Of a stretch of 64,000 bases of DNA, positions 38,357-47,948 are shown in pieces (the first letter of the stretch is position 1; every line of letters begins with the position of its first letter). The stretch is taken from IMG/VR virus record IMGVR_UViG_3300037510_000655. One strand, written 5' to 3'. Both the position numbers and the translations under genes were made by a program. The notes under the pieces are model-generated. The model did not search any database. It saw only the letters and a program-made list of their open reading frames with translations, and had not been told where the DNA came from. The stretch comes from a virus.

Positions 38357-39457
38357 TCAGCCTTCGAGCTGCTTTTTCTTCATGGTCATGATGAGGGTCA
38401 TGAGCGGCATGAGCTGCTGCGGCGACAAAATGGTCTGCGCGCGGGTGAGCTGGTCACCCTGCACAGCGAGCGGGCCCTCGAAAAGCTGCTCGAGAGCCGC
38501 CGGCTCCATATCACACTGCGCCACGCCGGCGAAAATCTTCGTCTGCTCGGGAGTGAAAACGCCGCCGCCCTTCATATCACCGCTATCGGTGATCTCGCCG
38601 AACAGCTCGACCGCCTGCTGCTTGGACAGGCTGTCGAGGAACGACCTGATCGCCATGCTCTCCGCGGTCTCTTTCGTCGGGATGGTCTGCTTGCCGGTGA
38701 TCTGGTTGACGGCGACGGGCACCATGCCCTTCAAGAAGTTGAAGCCGTCGGACATCATCTGCATCTTGAACTTCTCTTTTTCCGCCGCCAGCTCGCGCTC
38801 CATCTTGTGCGAGAGCGCCTCGTCGGTCTGCTTGACCATGGTGCGGTGCTCCTGCATCAACTCGAGGTTCTGGCGCATCAGCATCCCGGCCAGCGCCTGG
38901 TAGTGCTCGAGGATGCCGCCGGTCGACTTGGCGAACTGCTCCTGCCGCCAGCGCTCGTTGAGGTCGGACTCCTCCATGTGGCGCAGCGAGTACGCCAGGA
39001 GCGAGTCGCGGCGCTTGGCGTCGGGCACGACGTCGTCCAAACCATCACCCTCACCATCTCCCTCGACGTGACGGGCCTTCGGCGACAACTTTTTGTAGTA
39101 AACGGCGTAGTATTTGTCGCTCTTCTGGTGGTTCTTGAAGAGGAAGCCGTAGCCGGTGGTACGCCCCAGCTCGTCGCAGTTGTGCTGCGCCGAGTCCAAG
39201 AACCAGTTGACCAGCTCGCAGATGTCCGAGTGGGATGGAATCGGCGAATTTGCTCGAAATTCCTTGCTGTCGATCGTCGACTCGCTGTACGTACGACCAC
39301 CTTGGCCGTACGCCTGACGAAGCTCGATGATCTGCGGCATGCTCTCGGCACTCATGTGCCGGACGAAGAACTCGAACATGCGGACGTCGGCGGGTTCGGG
39401 AGCTACTGAGGGGCGCTTCTCCAGCTCTTTTTCGCGATCCTTCTCTTTGTCGGCCAT
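38357..39457 (-). CDS. Hypothetical protein with a long coiled coil and hydrophobic C-terminal domain
   Basis: Long ORF with good codon usage; function unknown. Confidence 0.6.
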   Translation of the reverse strand: MADKEKDREKELEKRPSVAPEPADVRMFEFFVRHMSAESMPQIIELRQAYGQGGRTYSESTIDSKEFRANSPIPSHSDICELVNWFLDSAQHNCDELGRTTGYGFLFKNHQKSDKYYAVYYKKLSPKARHVEGDGEGDGLDDVVPDAKRRDSLLAYSLRHMEESDLNERWRQEQFAKSTGGILEHYQALAGMLMRQNLELMQEHRTMVKQTDEALSHKMERELAAEKEKFKMQMMSDGFNFLKGMVPVAVNQITGKQTIPTKETAESMAIRSFLDSLSKQQAVELFGEITDSGDMKGGGVFTPEQTKIFAGVAQCDMEPAALEQLFEGPLAVQGDQLTRAQTILSPQQLMPLMTLIMTMKKKQLEG

Positions 39458-39493
39458 GCTCGCCAACAACTCTCACCGTAAAAAACGGTCATG

Positions 39494-39688
39494 TCAAGCA
39501 CCGACCTTACGGGGACGGCCGGTTGCCTTGCCACCGGCGGCCTCCCTCAGCCCCCGCGCCCAGCCCCTCAACCGGTGGTGCTCGACGAGCCACATCATGT
39601 ACGGCTTGGTGATCCCGAGCGCGCCGGCGGCCCTGGTGATGTTGCCGGTGGCGACATCGAGGGCAGCGCGCACGCGCTCGGGGTCCAT
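39494..39688 (-). CDS. Fis-type HTH protein, paralog of 8893-9156
   Basis: ALDVATGNITRAAGALGI..GRPRK. Confidence 0.65.
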   Translation of the reverse strand: MDPERVRAALDVATGNITRAAGALGITKPYMMWLVEHHRLRGWARGLREAAGGKATGRPRKVGA

Positions 39689-39699
39689 CGAGAGAGGAA

Positions 39700-39906
39700 T
39701 CACCGTTTCTTGCGACGGCGCATCTTGCGAAGGGTGAGGGCCAGGCGTGCCCGCTTCCCGAGAATTCCGGGAGCGCGGGCGGCCTGACGAAGAAGCGCCA
39801 GGGGGATCCTTTTCTTCCTGGGAACCCCCAGCTGCCGGTGCAGAGACCCCGGCTTGTGCTTTCGGAGCGCCTTCTGAATCCAACGCTTCTTTCCTCGACG
39901 AGGCAT
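39700..39906 (-). CDS. Small highly basic protein (WIQKA..PGSLH..LGVP..IP family)
   Basis: K/R-rich; the motif recalls small basic proteins of large DNA viruses; stop/start coupled. Confidence 0.6.
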   Translation of the reverse strand: MPRRGKKRWIQKALRKHKPGSLHRQLGVPRKKRIPLALLRQAARAPGILGKRARLALTLRKMRRRKKR

Positions 39907-42062
39907 TAGTCGCCCCTGTTGCGAGCCGCCCTCTTCAGGCGGTGCTTGTCCAGCCCGCGCACGTGGCCGAGCACGTCCTCGTTGTCGAGCGAGTATTTGG
40001 CGTCCTCGAACGAGTCCATCGAGTGGTCCCCGCCGTCGTCCGCGTACTCTCCGCCTTCGTCCGACGCGTACTCGCCTCCACCGTCATCGGCCGACGGCAT
40101 CTGACCCGTGGCCTGCGCCTGCATGGCTGCGATGCGGGCCTGCGTCTCCGCCGCCTGCTGCTCGATGCGGGCCTGCGACTCCATGGCCTGTTGGTCGATC
40201 TGCGCCTGCATGAGAGCCTGCGCCTGCATCGTCTGCGTGGCCTGATCCGACTGCCGGGCCTGACCCTCCCAGTCGATCTGCGCCTGGCGGTACGCCTGTT
40301 CATCGGCCATCTGCTGCTGGCTCGCCGTCTGCTGGTCCTGCACCGCCTGCAGCTCGGCCTGGTGAGCCGCCTGAGCCTGCTCCTGCTGCATCTGACGCGC
40401 CATCTGCGCGTCCTCGGCCGCCTGCTGCTTGGCGAGGTCGCGCGCATTCTGCGCGTCGATCTGATCCTGCATCTGCTGCGTCGTGTAGTCCGTCTGCGCA
40501 GCGGTGAACATGGCCTGGTAGTCGAGCAGCGCCTGGTTGTCGCGCTTCATCTTGTCGGCGGCGGTCGCCCAGCTCGGAGCCTTGTCGTAGTACCAGAACC
40601 ACTGATTGCCACCCTGGTCGTAGCGCATGCCGGCGGTCCAGCCACCCTGCGGGTTGCCGATGAGCGGACCCCAGTGGTGCTTCTCGCTGGCCTGCGCCAT
40701 GAACGGCAGGCTCGCGGCCTCCTCTGGCGTCACCGACTGCTTGCGCGTGTCGATGGCGACGTTGTCGTGGTACGCACTGGCCCACCAGCAGTTCCAGTGG
40801 TCCTTGTTCCAGTAGAAGCCCGACCCCGCGTTGCCGTCCGGCTTGGCGCCGCCGGGGATCGTCTTGTGGAAGTACGTGTACGAACCCGCACCCTTGGTCG
40901 GAATCGCCTGCGAGCCGTCGTAGATGACCGCGCCCTCAGGCAGAGGCACGGTGCCAGGCTCGCCCGTCGACGAGTAGACGTTGAAGTCGCTGTCGAAACC
41001 CGGATCCGGGATGTAGTCCTGGTTGGCGACCAGCGGCGGCGCGCCCTTCGGAGCAGGTCCGAGCCCGTAGTCCGGCGGCCCGGGCAGCGCGGTCGCCGTC
41101 TGATCGGCGCCGCTGGTGGCGTACGGGTCGCTGGAGTCGAGCGAACCCGTGTAGCCCGGCGCGACTCCACCGTAGGCAGGATCAGGCGAGCCGTCGAGCA
41201 GGTAGCCCGGGTTGGTCGGATCCGGCAGCGCCGCGCCGAGAATCTCGAGTGCGAGGTCGGTCTCGCTGGCGATGATGTCGAAGTCCTCGTAGTCGTCGCC
41301 CTTGATCTTGGTCGACTTCGACGGGTCCATCTTCTGCGCCACCGACTTCGTGCCCGCCGAGAGCTTGCTCTGCGCGGTCTTCACCAGCTGCTCGTGCTTA
41401 GACGCCGCGGCGACGGTCTTCTTGCCCTTGTCGGCGAGCTTGTCGAGCATCTGACCCATCTTCACAACGACGGTCTTGGGCACACCCTTGGGCGCAACCT
41501 TCTTCGCTGTGGACGTCGCAGCGCCGAAGAAGGCTTCGTCACCGCGGATGACGGTCACCTTCTTGAGGTGGTCCTTCATCTTCGTCGCTGCGCTGATGGC
41601 GCGGTTGCCTGCGTCCTTGGCGTTCTTGATCGACGATTTGTCGTCACCCTGCTTGGGCTTGTTGACGACGAGAGACGTGTGCGTGCGCCCGCCCGGCGTC
41701 TGCTTCTGCACGAAGCCTGCGCGCACCGGCACCGCCACCTTGGCGCCCGACTGCGTCTTGACGGTGGTCGTCAAGTTGGTCGTCTTGGGCTTGATCACGC
41801 TGACCTTGGCCGCACCGAGGACGTCGAGTCCGTGCGAGTAGTCTTCACCGAGAACCTCGATCTCCTCTTCCGGTCGCATGGCTCCTCCTTCTTGGCCGCC
41901 GGAAGTACCGTGCGGCGGGTACGTGACATCCTGCAGGTAGGCCGCGCCCCGATGGACGGAACCGCGGCGGCGCTCGTAGTCCGTGTCTTCGTCGGTGATC
42001 TGACGTTGCCACTGCTCAACAAAGATCTCGTCGTCATCGTCGAAGCTGATGTCGTTGCTCAT
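39906..42062 (-). CDS. Large modular putative virion protein (acidic / Lys-rich / aromatic globular / Gln-rich coil)
   Basis: Segments are delimited by EVLG, YSHGLDVLG, TKIKG, EILG and DVLG motifs. Confidence 0.7.
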   Translation of the reverse strand: MSNDISFDDDDEIFVEQWQRQITDEDTDYERRRGSVHRGAAYLQDVTYPPHGTSGGQEGGAMRPEEEIEVLGEDYSHGLDVLGAAKVSVIKPKTTNLTTTVKTQSGAKVAVPVRAGFVQKQTPGGRTHTSLVVNKPKQGDDKSSIKNAKDAGNRAISAATKMKDHLKKVTVIRGDEAFFGAATSTAKKVAPKGVPKTVVVKMGQMLDKLADKGKKTVAAASKHEQLVKTAQSKLSAGTKSVAQKMDPSKSTKIKGDDYEDFDIIASETDLALEILGAALPDPTNPGYLLDGSPDPAYGGVAPGYTGSLDSSDPYATSGADQTATALPGPPDYGLGPAPKGAPPLVANQDYIPDPGFDSDFNVYSSTGEPGTVPLPEGAVIYDGSQAIPTKGAGSYTYFHKTIPGGAKPDGNAGSGFYWNKDHWNCWWASAYHDNVAIDTRKQSVTPEEAASLPFMAQASEKHHWGPLIGNPQGGWTAGMRYDQGGNQWFWYYDKAPSWATAADKMKRDNQALLDYQAMFTAAQTDYTTQQMQDQIDAQNARDLAKQQAAEDAQMARQMQQEQAQAAHQAELQAVQDQQTASQQQMADEQAYRQAQIDWEGQARQSDQATQTMQAQALMQAQIDQQAMESQARIEQQAAETQARIAAMQAQATGQMPSADDGGGEYASDEGGEYADDGGDHSMDSFEDAKYSLDNEDVLGHVRGLDKHRLKRAARNRGD

Positions 42063-43823
42063 TTACAAGACCTCCAAATCCAGCTCGTCGAGACCGACGA
42101 TGCTCTCGGTGCCGTCGGGGTTGCTGATCACCGCCGCGTCAGGTGCCGCGCTCATATCCTGCAGCGGATCCTGCGCAGTGGGGGCAGCCTGCGAAGATTG
42201 CAGCACAGCCTGCGCGTGCAGACGGTATTGTTGCTGCAGCCGCGCGAGCTTGGCCTTCGACGCGGCGAGCTTGGCGGCGACAGCCGGGCTCGGCTGCCCG
42301 TGAATGACCTTGCTCGACACGTTGCCGATCTGCTTGGCACTCGGATCGTCCGACGCCTGATACGCACGAATGGCGTACCCCGCGGGGTTGAACACGTCGT
42401 ACCACTTGAACTCGACCCCGAGCACGTCCTCAGCCTCGGCGTACGCTTCGGCGTCGTATTCCCCGTCGTCGACCATCTCCGACAACAGCTCGGGGTCGAA
42501 GTCCCCCGCCTCTTGATCGAAGGGATCACCAGCATAGCCGCCACCACCGCCGCCGCCGCTGTCGCTGCTGCCTTCGTCATCCATACCACCGCCTCCGCCT
42601 CCAGAATACCCTCCACCCGCCGTTCCCGGATCGAAACTCGACGACGAGGAAGACGGAGTCGCGGGCGCAGCTGGCGTCGTCGTGTCCGTAGACGTCGGCG
42701 TCGCGGGTGTGGGCGCGGGCGTGGTTGTCGTCGGCGTCGGAGTGCTCGCCGGCGACGATGTGGCGGTCGACGACGGAGCAGAGCGCGGCGGTTGCGTCGC
42801 TGGCGTGTGCACAACAGGTGCGGTCGGCGCCAACGGTCTCACAGTCGCCGGGGGCGGAGCTGGAATCGCCGACTTCGACGCCGTGACCGGTTTTGCAGCC
42901 GCCGGTGGCGTGCGCGTCGCCATCATGCCGAGGAAGTCGAGCCCAGCCATGTACGTCCGCGATGTACTGCCCGGCAACGAGAGCACAACCGCACCCATCA
43001 CTTCTTCGGTGGACGGATCGTAGCTGTTGAGCAGCTCTTTTGCTTCGGCCATACGGTCCGCTTGTGGCTCGCTGGTATACCCGTCGCTGCTGCCGTCTTC
43101 GGCGGCCGCGAACGGATCTTCTTCAGCAACTGCTCCCGCGTCAGCAAAGGGGTCTTCTTCCGCATACGCTCCTTCATCGCTGTAGCCGCTATCAGCAGCG
43201 GCGGCGCCGCCGTCGTCGTCCTCGAACGGATCCCACGTACCCCCACTCTCGCGGAAGCGCTGCACCGCGCTCGTCTGATCCGATGCGCCGTCCTCGAACG
43301 GATCCGGGTAGCTTCCTCCTCCTCCGCCGCCCCCGCCGCCCGTTGGCATGGATCCACCATCAGAGGCCGTTCCCGGGTTGAACGGCAAGCCACCGCCCCC
43401 GGGCGTAGCTCCTGCGGCAGGATTCAGCGCCTGCGTGATGGTCGACGCTGCTGCGTTCGCTGCGTCGGTGGCCTGCTGCGCCTGCTGCATCCACGCCGTC
43501 GCGTCAGTTCCCGACGTCATGGCCGCGCCCTGCTGCGCAATGTTGAGCGCGTTCTGCCCGGCAGTCTGCGCCGCCTGCGCCTGCGCAGTGAGTCCGTAGG
43601 CGATGGCCGTGTTCGCAGCGTTGATCGCCGCCTGCCCTGCGGTCTGCACCGCGGTGAGCTTGGCCTTGAACACGTCGCTCCCTACCGTCGTGTGGGTTGC
43701 ACCACTCGTGTCGATGGTGGCACTGACGCCGGCCGCCTGCACACGTGCAATCCACGAGTTCGCCGCCGAAGCGAGGCTCGCGATCTGGTCGTCCCACGTA
43801 TTGCCGAGGATGGTATGGCGCAT
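42063..43823 (-). CDS. Large modular putative virion protein (Ala-rich helix, Gly/acidic and Pro/Thr linkers)
   Basis: TILG, EVMG, YMAGLDFLG, DVLG, VIHG, IVGLD; DPF repeats. Confidence 0.7.
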   Translation of the reverse strand: MRHTILGNTWDDQIASLASAANSWIARVQAAGVSATIDTSGATHTTVGSDVFKAKLTAVQTAGQAAINAANTAIAYGLTAQAQAAQTAGQNALNIAQQGAAMTSGTDATAWMQQAQQATDAANAAASTITQALNPAAGATPGGGGLPFNPGTASDGGSMPTGGGGGGGGGSYPDPFEDGASDQTSAVQRFRESGGTWDPFEDDDGGAAAADSGYSDEGAYAEEDPFADAGAVAEEDPFAAAEDGSSDGYTSEPQADRMAEAKELLNSYDPSTEEVMGAVVLSLPGSTSRTYMAGLDFLGMMATRTPPAAAKPVTASKSAIPAPPPATVRPLAPTAPVVHTPATQPPRSAPSSTATSSPASTPTPTTTTPAPTPATPTSTDTTTPAAPATPSSSSSSFDPGTAGGGYSGGGGGGMDDEGSSDSGGGGGGGYAGDPFDQEAGDFDPELLSEMVDDGEYDAEAYAEAEDVLGVEFKWYDVFNPAGYAIRAYQASDDPSAKQIGNVSSKVIHGQPSPAVAAKLAASKAKLARLQQQYRLHAQAVLQSSQAAPTAQDPLQDMSAAPDAAVISNPDGTESIVGLDELDLEVL

Positions 43824-43825
43824 CT

Positions 43826-44443
43826 TTACATGCTCCCGCCGCCGGTCATCGACCGCTGCATCTGATCGAGCGTGATGATGATGTAGTTGGCTGCATTCAC
43901 CATCGTCTCGCCCTCGTGCGCCAAATCCGACTTACCTGCGGTGTAGAGCTTGTCGACGATGGGCAGGATCTGCGTTGCGATGTCCCCGGCCTGCGCCATC
44001 TGATCAGTGATGCCCGAGTCCGCGGAAACGTCATTGACCGCGGTGTCATCACCGAGCACCTCAGCCATGCCCTTGATCTTCGTCGCCTTCGTCGTCAGGT
44101 TCGACGCGTGCTTCTTCAGAAGCCCGCTCATGTTCTTCGCCAGCGGGTGCTTGAACTTCGCCAGCTTCGCCGCCGTCGCGTTGGCGTGCTTGGCAGCGGA
44201 CGCGGCGCGCAGTTGCGTCGACTTCTTCACTTCCGTCGAGACCTTGGCCGGCGTCTTCGGGGTCGTAGCAGGCTTGGGCGTCGAGGTTGTCTTCGCGGCC
44301 GCGGACTTGGCCGCAGGCGCGGGGCGCGTGACGACCGGGCGGCCGGAAGCAAGAGCCTGCTGAGCAGCCTGCGCTGCCGTCAGCTTGCGTGGCAGCACCG
44401 CAACAGCACCGAGAACGTCGAGACCCGAGTAGTAGCTCTTCAT
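43826..44443 (-). CDS. Putative core protein with a Lys/Ala-rich segment
   Basis: Starts MKSYYSGLDVLG; basic segment ends TKIKGMAEVLG; ATGA overlap with the upstream gene. Confidence 0.65.
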   Translation of the reverse strand: MKSYYSGLDVLGAVAVLPRKLTAAQAAQQALASGRPVVTRPAPAAKSAAAKTTSTPKPATTPKTPAKVSTEVKKSTQLRAASAAKHANATAAKLAKFKHPLAKNMSGLLKKHASNLTTKATKIKGMAEVLGDDTAVNDVSADSGITDQMAQAGDIATQILPIVDKLYTAGKSDLAHEGETMVNAANYIIITLDQMQRSMTGGGSM

Positions 44444-45555
44444 CGCGTTTTCCTCAGCAGCTCGAGAGCACCGACGACGGCGACGGTCCTCAAACCTTTG
44501 TTCGCATGTCCCTGCCGCACCATATCCGCCGGAGCGAAGCCGGCATACTTGGCGTACTCCTGCGCCGTCGCGCCGTCGCCAGTGCGCAGCGCCTGACGGT
44601 ACACGCTTCCGAGCTGATGCATGCGATTCTGCTGCTCGGGCACCCAAAAATCTGTCGCGCCTCGCGTCGGGTCGAAATCACTGTCAGCACCCAGCACTGC
44701 AGCGGCCACAGCGTTGGCTCGCGGGCTCGCTGCCCTGCGGGTCGAAGCGAAGCCTCCGGTCTCGCGCGCGGAACCGTACCTGCCCGCGGGCGCGAGCAGC
44801 TCCTGCATGGACTTGCCCTCCGCGAGTGCGCGGTTGCGCATCACCCACCCCGCGGCGTGCTGCTCCTCGACGGGTCGGCCGCCTAGCTCGCTTTCGATGG
44901 CTCGCGCCAGCACATCTCGATTGACCTCGCCGTCGAGTCCCAGCACCACGCTCTGATCGCGGATCCCCGTGGTGGCTACGGCCTTGCCCTTCTCAAAATT
45001 GTCACCCGCGATGATGCGCGCCGTCGTTCCCGACTTCGGCACTGCCGTCTTGGAGCTGTCGACGCAGATGTCGAGAGGCTCGCGACCGAGCGCGCGGTAC
45101 ACTTTGCCGGCGCCGCGGAAATGCCCGCCCGTGTCCACGACACGGAACACGGCTCGTGGCCAGGCGCTGATCTCCAGGCGCTGCCCGTACGGCCACACCG
45201 CATCGTCGCCTGACACCGCGACGTAGGGGTGCGCCACCGGATCAGTCAGGTGCTGCTCGAGCGTGTGCAGCTTGTTGCCTCGGCGATCGTTGAGCCCGCC
45301 CTCCATCTTGCGCTCTTCGTCGGTGGCGGTGAACGGCCAGTAGCCGGTGAGGCGCACGTCAATGACGCCCTTCTTCGGATCCGAGAAGTCGCCCGTCGCG
45401 CCTCCACCGCCGAACTGGCCGGTGTCCTTCACCGCTTCGCGGATGAACTCGACGGTCTCCTGGCTCCTGCGCGAGGCCCACCACACAGCGCCGAGCGCGA
45501 GCCCGCCGCCGCCGATAAGGAACCCCGCACCGATGTATGCCGTCTTCCGCTTCAC
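44440..45555 (-). CDS. Membrane-anchored two-domain muralytic enzyme (3D/RlpA-like plus SleB/Hydrolase_2-like)
   Basis: N-terminal TM; LTGYWP..VAVSGD..YGQRLEI..VVDTGG..LDICV (3D domain); LARAIESE..AAGWVMRNR..DPTRGATDF (SleB-like). Confidence 0.7.
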   Translation of the reverse strand: MKRKTAYIGAGFLIGGGGLALGAVWWASRRSQETVEFIREAVKDTGQFGGGGATGDFSDPKKGVIDVRLTGYWPFTATDEERKMEGGLNDRRGNKLHTLEQHLTDPVAHPYVAVSGDDAVWPYGQRLEISAWPRAVFRVVDTGGHFRGAGKVYRALGREPLDICVDSSKTAVPKSGTTARIIAGDNFEKGKAVATTGIRDQSVVLGLDGEVNRDVLARAIESELGGRPVEEQHAAGWVMRNRALAEGKSMQELLAPAGRYGSARETGGFASTRRAASPRANAVAAAVLGADSDFDPTRGATDFWVPEQQNRMHQLGSVYRQALRTGDGATAQEYAKYAGFAPADMVRQGHANKGLRTVAVVGALELLRKTR

Positions 45556-45556
45556 G

Positions 45557-46165
45557 TCAGCCTCTCAGCAGCGTGCGTGCCGCCACCTGTCCCGTCGGAC
45601 CGGATGCGATCTTGTAGAGCCCGTAGCCGATGAGTCCGACGCCGGCGACAGCCAGAGCGATGGTCCACTTCGCAGCAGTGTTGACGTCGTCGACGGTGCC
45701 CTTCACACTCTTCGCCGCTGCCGATGCCGCTGCCTTCACATCGTCCCACTTGACCGAGCCATCGAGCGTGCCCTCGAGCGCGTTGACGAGCTTACTGCCG
45801 TCGATGACGTAGCTCTCCAACTCGCTCCAGTACGGGCACGGGTTGCTGTCGAGGGGCAGCGCGCTGATCTTCGGTCCCAGTGCATTGGCACGTGCCGCGA
45901 ACGCCATCACCTGATCGTGTAGCGGAAACTCGTTCGTTGGCAGCACCGCCTTGGCGATGATGTCCTGCGCATCTTGGGTCGCTCTCGCGGCAAGATCATA
46001 GCCGTGCGCGGCCCAGATGCGGCGAGCCGTGTCGTTGTCGTGCGGCAATTCCGCGAGCCGGTCGATGAGGCCGTCGACATCAACGGCACCGAAGACCTCC
46101 CCAACCGGCTCGCGGGCGAGCGGGCGCGAGGAGAGCGCATCGAGCCCGATCATGTAGTTGCGCAT
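45557..46165 (-). CDS. Tail-anchored membrane protein
   Basis: N-terminal YMIGLDAL and EVFG; C-terminal TM WTIALAVAGVGLIGYGLYK. Confidence 0.65.
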   Translation of the reverse strand: MRNYMIGLDALSSRPLAREPVGEVFGAVDVDGLIDRLAELPHDNDTARRIWAAHGYDLAARATQDAQDIIAKAVLPTNEFPLHDQVMAFAARANALGPKISALPLDSNPCPYWSELESYVIDGSKLVNALEGTLDGSVKWDDVKAAASAAAKSVKGTVDDVNTAAKWTIALAVAGVGLIGYGLYKIASGPTGQVAARTLLRG

Positions 46166-46572
46166 CACTTCTTCCCTCCGGTGCCTCGACTGCCGATTCG
46201 ATAGACCCCGTATCCGACAGCCGCTGCGCCGAGTGCCCCCAGGCCGATCATCCACCACGGGATGCTCGCCTTCGTCACGACTCTGCGCTCCACCATCGGC
46301 AGCGCACGAACCACGGCCCCCTTCGGCGTCACCTCGACCGTCGCTGATTGCGGACCGCCCTTGGCTCGTTCTTGTACGAGCTGAGTGTCCGCCGCCTTCG
46401 ACTGCCAGTCGGTAACGGCCTGCTGCTCGACGGGTGTCAACGCGCGGTTGAGATCCGCGAGCTGATCCGGCGACAGCGGACCGTACTCGGCGCCGTAGTC
46501 GCTGGCCGGGTTGGCTACTGCCGATTTGCTCGGCACCGAAGCTCCCAGCAGGTATGGTGCGAGGTGGCGCAT
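46165..46572 (-). CDS. Tail-anchored membrane protein
   Basis: YLLG near the N-terminus; C-terminal TM WWMIGLGALGAAAVGYGVYR plus basic tail. Confidence 0.65.
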   Translation of the reverse strand: MRHLAPYLLGASVPSKSAVANPASDYGAEYGPLSPDQLADLNRALTPVEQQAVTDWQSKAADTQLVQERAKGGPQSATVEVTPKGAVVRALPMVERRVVTKASIPWWMIGLGALGAAAVGYGVYRIGSRGTGGKK

Positions 46573-47060
46573 TACCGCGACTTCACCTTGTGCCACCAGT
46601 CCTGCTCGTTGGTGCCGTCGACGTTGGCGGCGACGATGGTGCCGACCACCATCGCGCCGATGAAGCCGAGCACCGGGTGCTTCTTCATCTTGAGCGAGCC
46701 AAGAACTGCCGCGCCGGTGACCGCCGCCGACACGGCCGCCTTCTTGTACTCGCCGTGGCGCAGGTTGTCCCACGCGATGTTGGCCGCCGCCGAGCCGGCG
46801 AGGAAGCCGAGCACCTTGTGCTTCTTCCACATCGTGTAGCCGACGCCGCCGCCGACTGCCGTCGGGACGAGACCGCCGAGCGCCGTGGCAACGGTGGCCG
46901 AGCGATCCCTCTTCGGAGCGGGCATGGACGTGCCGTCACCCAGCACGCGGATGTCGCCCATCGGCGGGGTGAGCGCCGCAACGATGTCGGCGACGTGCTT
47001 GGCCCCGGCGCTCATGGGTGACGCCGCCCCGAAGATCTCGATCTGGTCTTTCACGCTCAT
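46572..47060 (-). CDS. Multi-TM Gly-rich membrane protein
   Basis: EIFG and RVLG; 3-4 Gly/Ala-rich hydrophobic helices; repeat KKHKVLGF / KKHPVLGF. Confidence 0.65.
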   Translation of the reverse strand: MSVKDQIEIFGAASPMSAGAKHVADIVAALTPPMGDIRVLGDGTSMPAPKRDRSATVATALGGLVPTAVGGGVGYTMWKKHKVLGFLAGSAAANIAWDNLRHGEYKKAAVSAAVTGAAVLGSLKMKKHPVLGFIGAMVVGTIVAANVDGTNEQDWWHKVKSR

Positions 47061-47064
47061 GTTC

Positions 47065-47631
47065 TTACTTTCTCCCTCGCAGCAGCTTGTACGTCAGAAA
47101 ACCCCCGCCGATGACTGCGACACCGCCGAGAGCGTACATCAACCAGGACATGTCGGAACCGCCACCGCTGCGCGTCTTCTTCCCCTTCTCCGAGTCGACG
47201 ACGGCAAGACCCGTCGACGGCGAGAAGTACGCCAGCTTGGACATCGCCGACTTGGCCGCCACAGCAGCGAGGTCGGCCAGCTTCTTCTTGTCAGAGGCGA
47301 CCTTGTGCAGCGGCCCGTTGGGGTCCTGCTCGACGGCATTGGCCTTATCAGCGGCCTCCTGCGCGTCGATGGCGGCCATGGCAGCGGCCTTCTTCGCAGC
47401 GTCGGCGGCCTGCTGCGCCTGCAGCTGCTCGGGCGTCGGAGCAGCGGCCTTCTTCGCTGCGGCCGCGCTCTTCTTGGCCTCCTCCGACGCCTGGTACTGC
47501 GCCGCGAGTCCGCCGCCCGTCTTGGCCAGCTCGGCGACGGCGCTCGAGATGAGCGACGTGGTGTCGCTGTCGCCCGCCAGAGCATCGAGACCCTGCTTGT
47601 ACGCGATCTTGTGTCGCCGGATGGTGCTCAT
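47065..47631 (-). CDS. Tail-anchored membrane protein with an Ala/Lys-rich coil
   Basis: YKQGLDALAG; C-terminal TM plus KLLRGRK. Confidence 0.65.
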   Translation of the reverse strand: MSTIRRHKIAYKQGLDALAGDSDTTSLISSAVAELAKTGGGLAAQYQASEEAKKSAAAAKKAAAPTPEQLQAQQAADAAKKAAAMAAIDAQEAADKANAVEQDPNGPLHKVASDKKKLADLAAVAAKSAMSKLAYFSPSTGLAVVDSEKGKKTRSGGGSDMSWLMYALGGVAVIGGGFLTYKLLRGRK

Positions 47632-47948
47632 CACTTTCTCCTCGCGAGCAAATACGCCCCTGTGCCGACCACGGTGAGCCCGAGGAATCCGAAGAGGACG
47701 AGCTGCATGGTGCGCGCCTTGGCCTCGGCTGCCTCCTTGGCGCGCCGCACCTTCTCCTCCTCGAGCGCCTTCTTGATGGCCGCGGCTTGCGCTTCCTGCG
47801 CCGCCTTCTTGTCCTTATCACCGCCGCCGGTGAGCGCCCCCGCCGCCGAGGACACGACGTTGAGCCACGGCACGAAGTCGCCGAGACCGACGCCGAGCAC
47901 GTCACCGTGGACCTGGATCTTCGGAATTCTTGTCCTCAACCGGCTCAT
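47631..47948 (-). CDS. Small tail-anchored membrane protein
   Basis: IQVHGDVLG; C-terminal TM plus ARRK. Confidence 0.65.
   Translation of the reverse strand: MSRLRTRIPKIQVHGDVLGVGLGDFVPWLNVVSSAAGALTGGGDKDKKAAQEAQAAAIKKALEEEKVRRAKEAAEAKARTMQLVLFGFLGLTVVGTGAYLLARRK

Noticed and set aside
42520-43360. GGC/CCG-rich and DPF-type low-complexity repeats as separate repeat elements
   Set aside because: Explained by the Gly-, Pro/Thr- and acidic linkers of the 586-aa protein.
39747-43865. 1372-aa plus-strand ORF and other long antisense ORFs (e.g. 4419-6011, 17301-18539, 33641-35356, 36525-37835)
   Set aside because: Shadow ORFs of high-GC genes on the opposite strand: Arg/Val/Leu-rich composition, no motifs, and full overlap with better-supported coupled genes.
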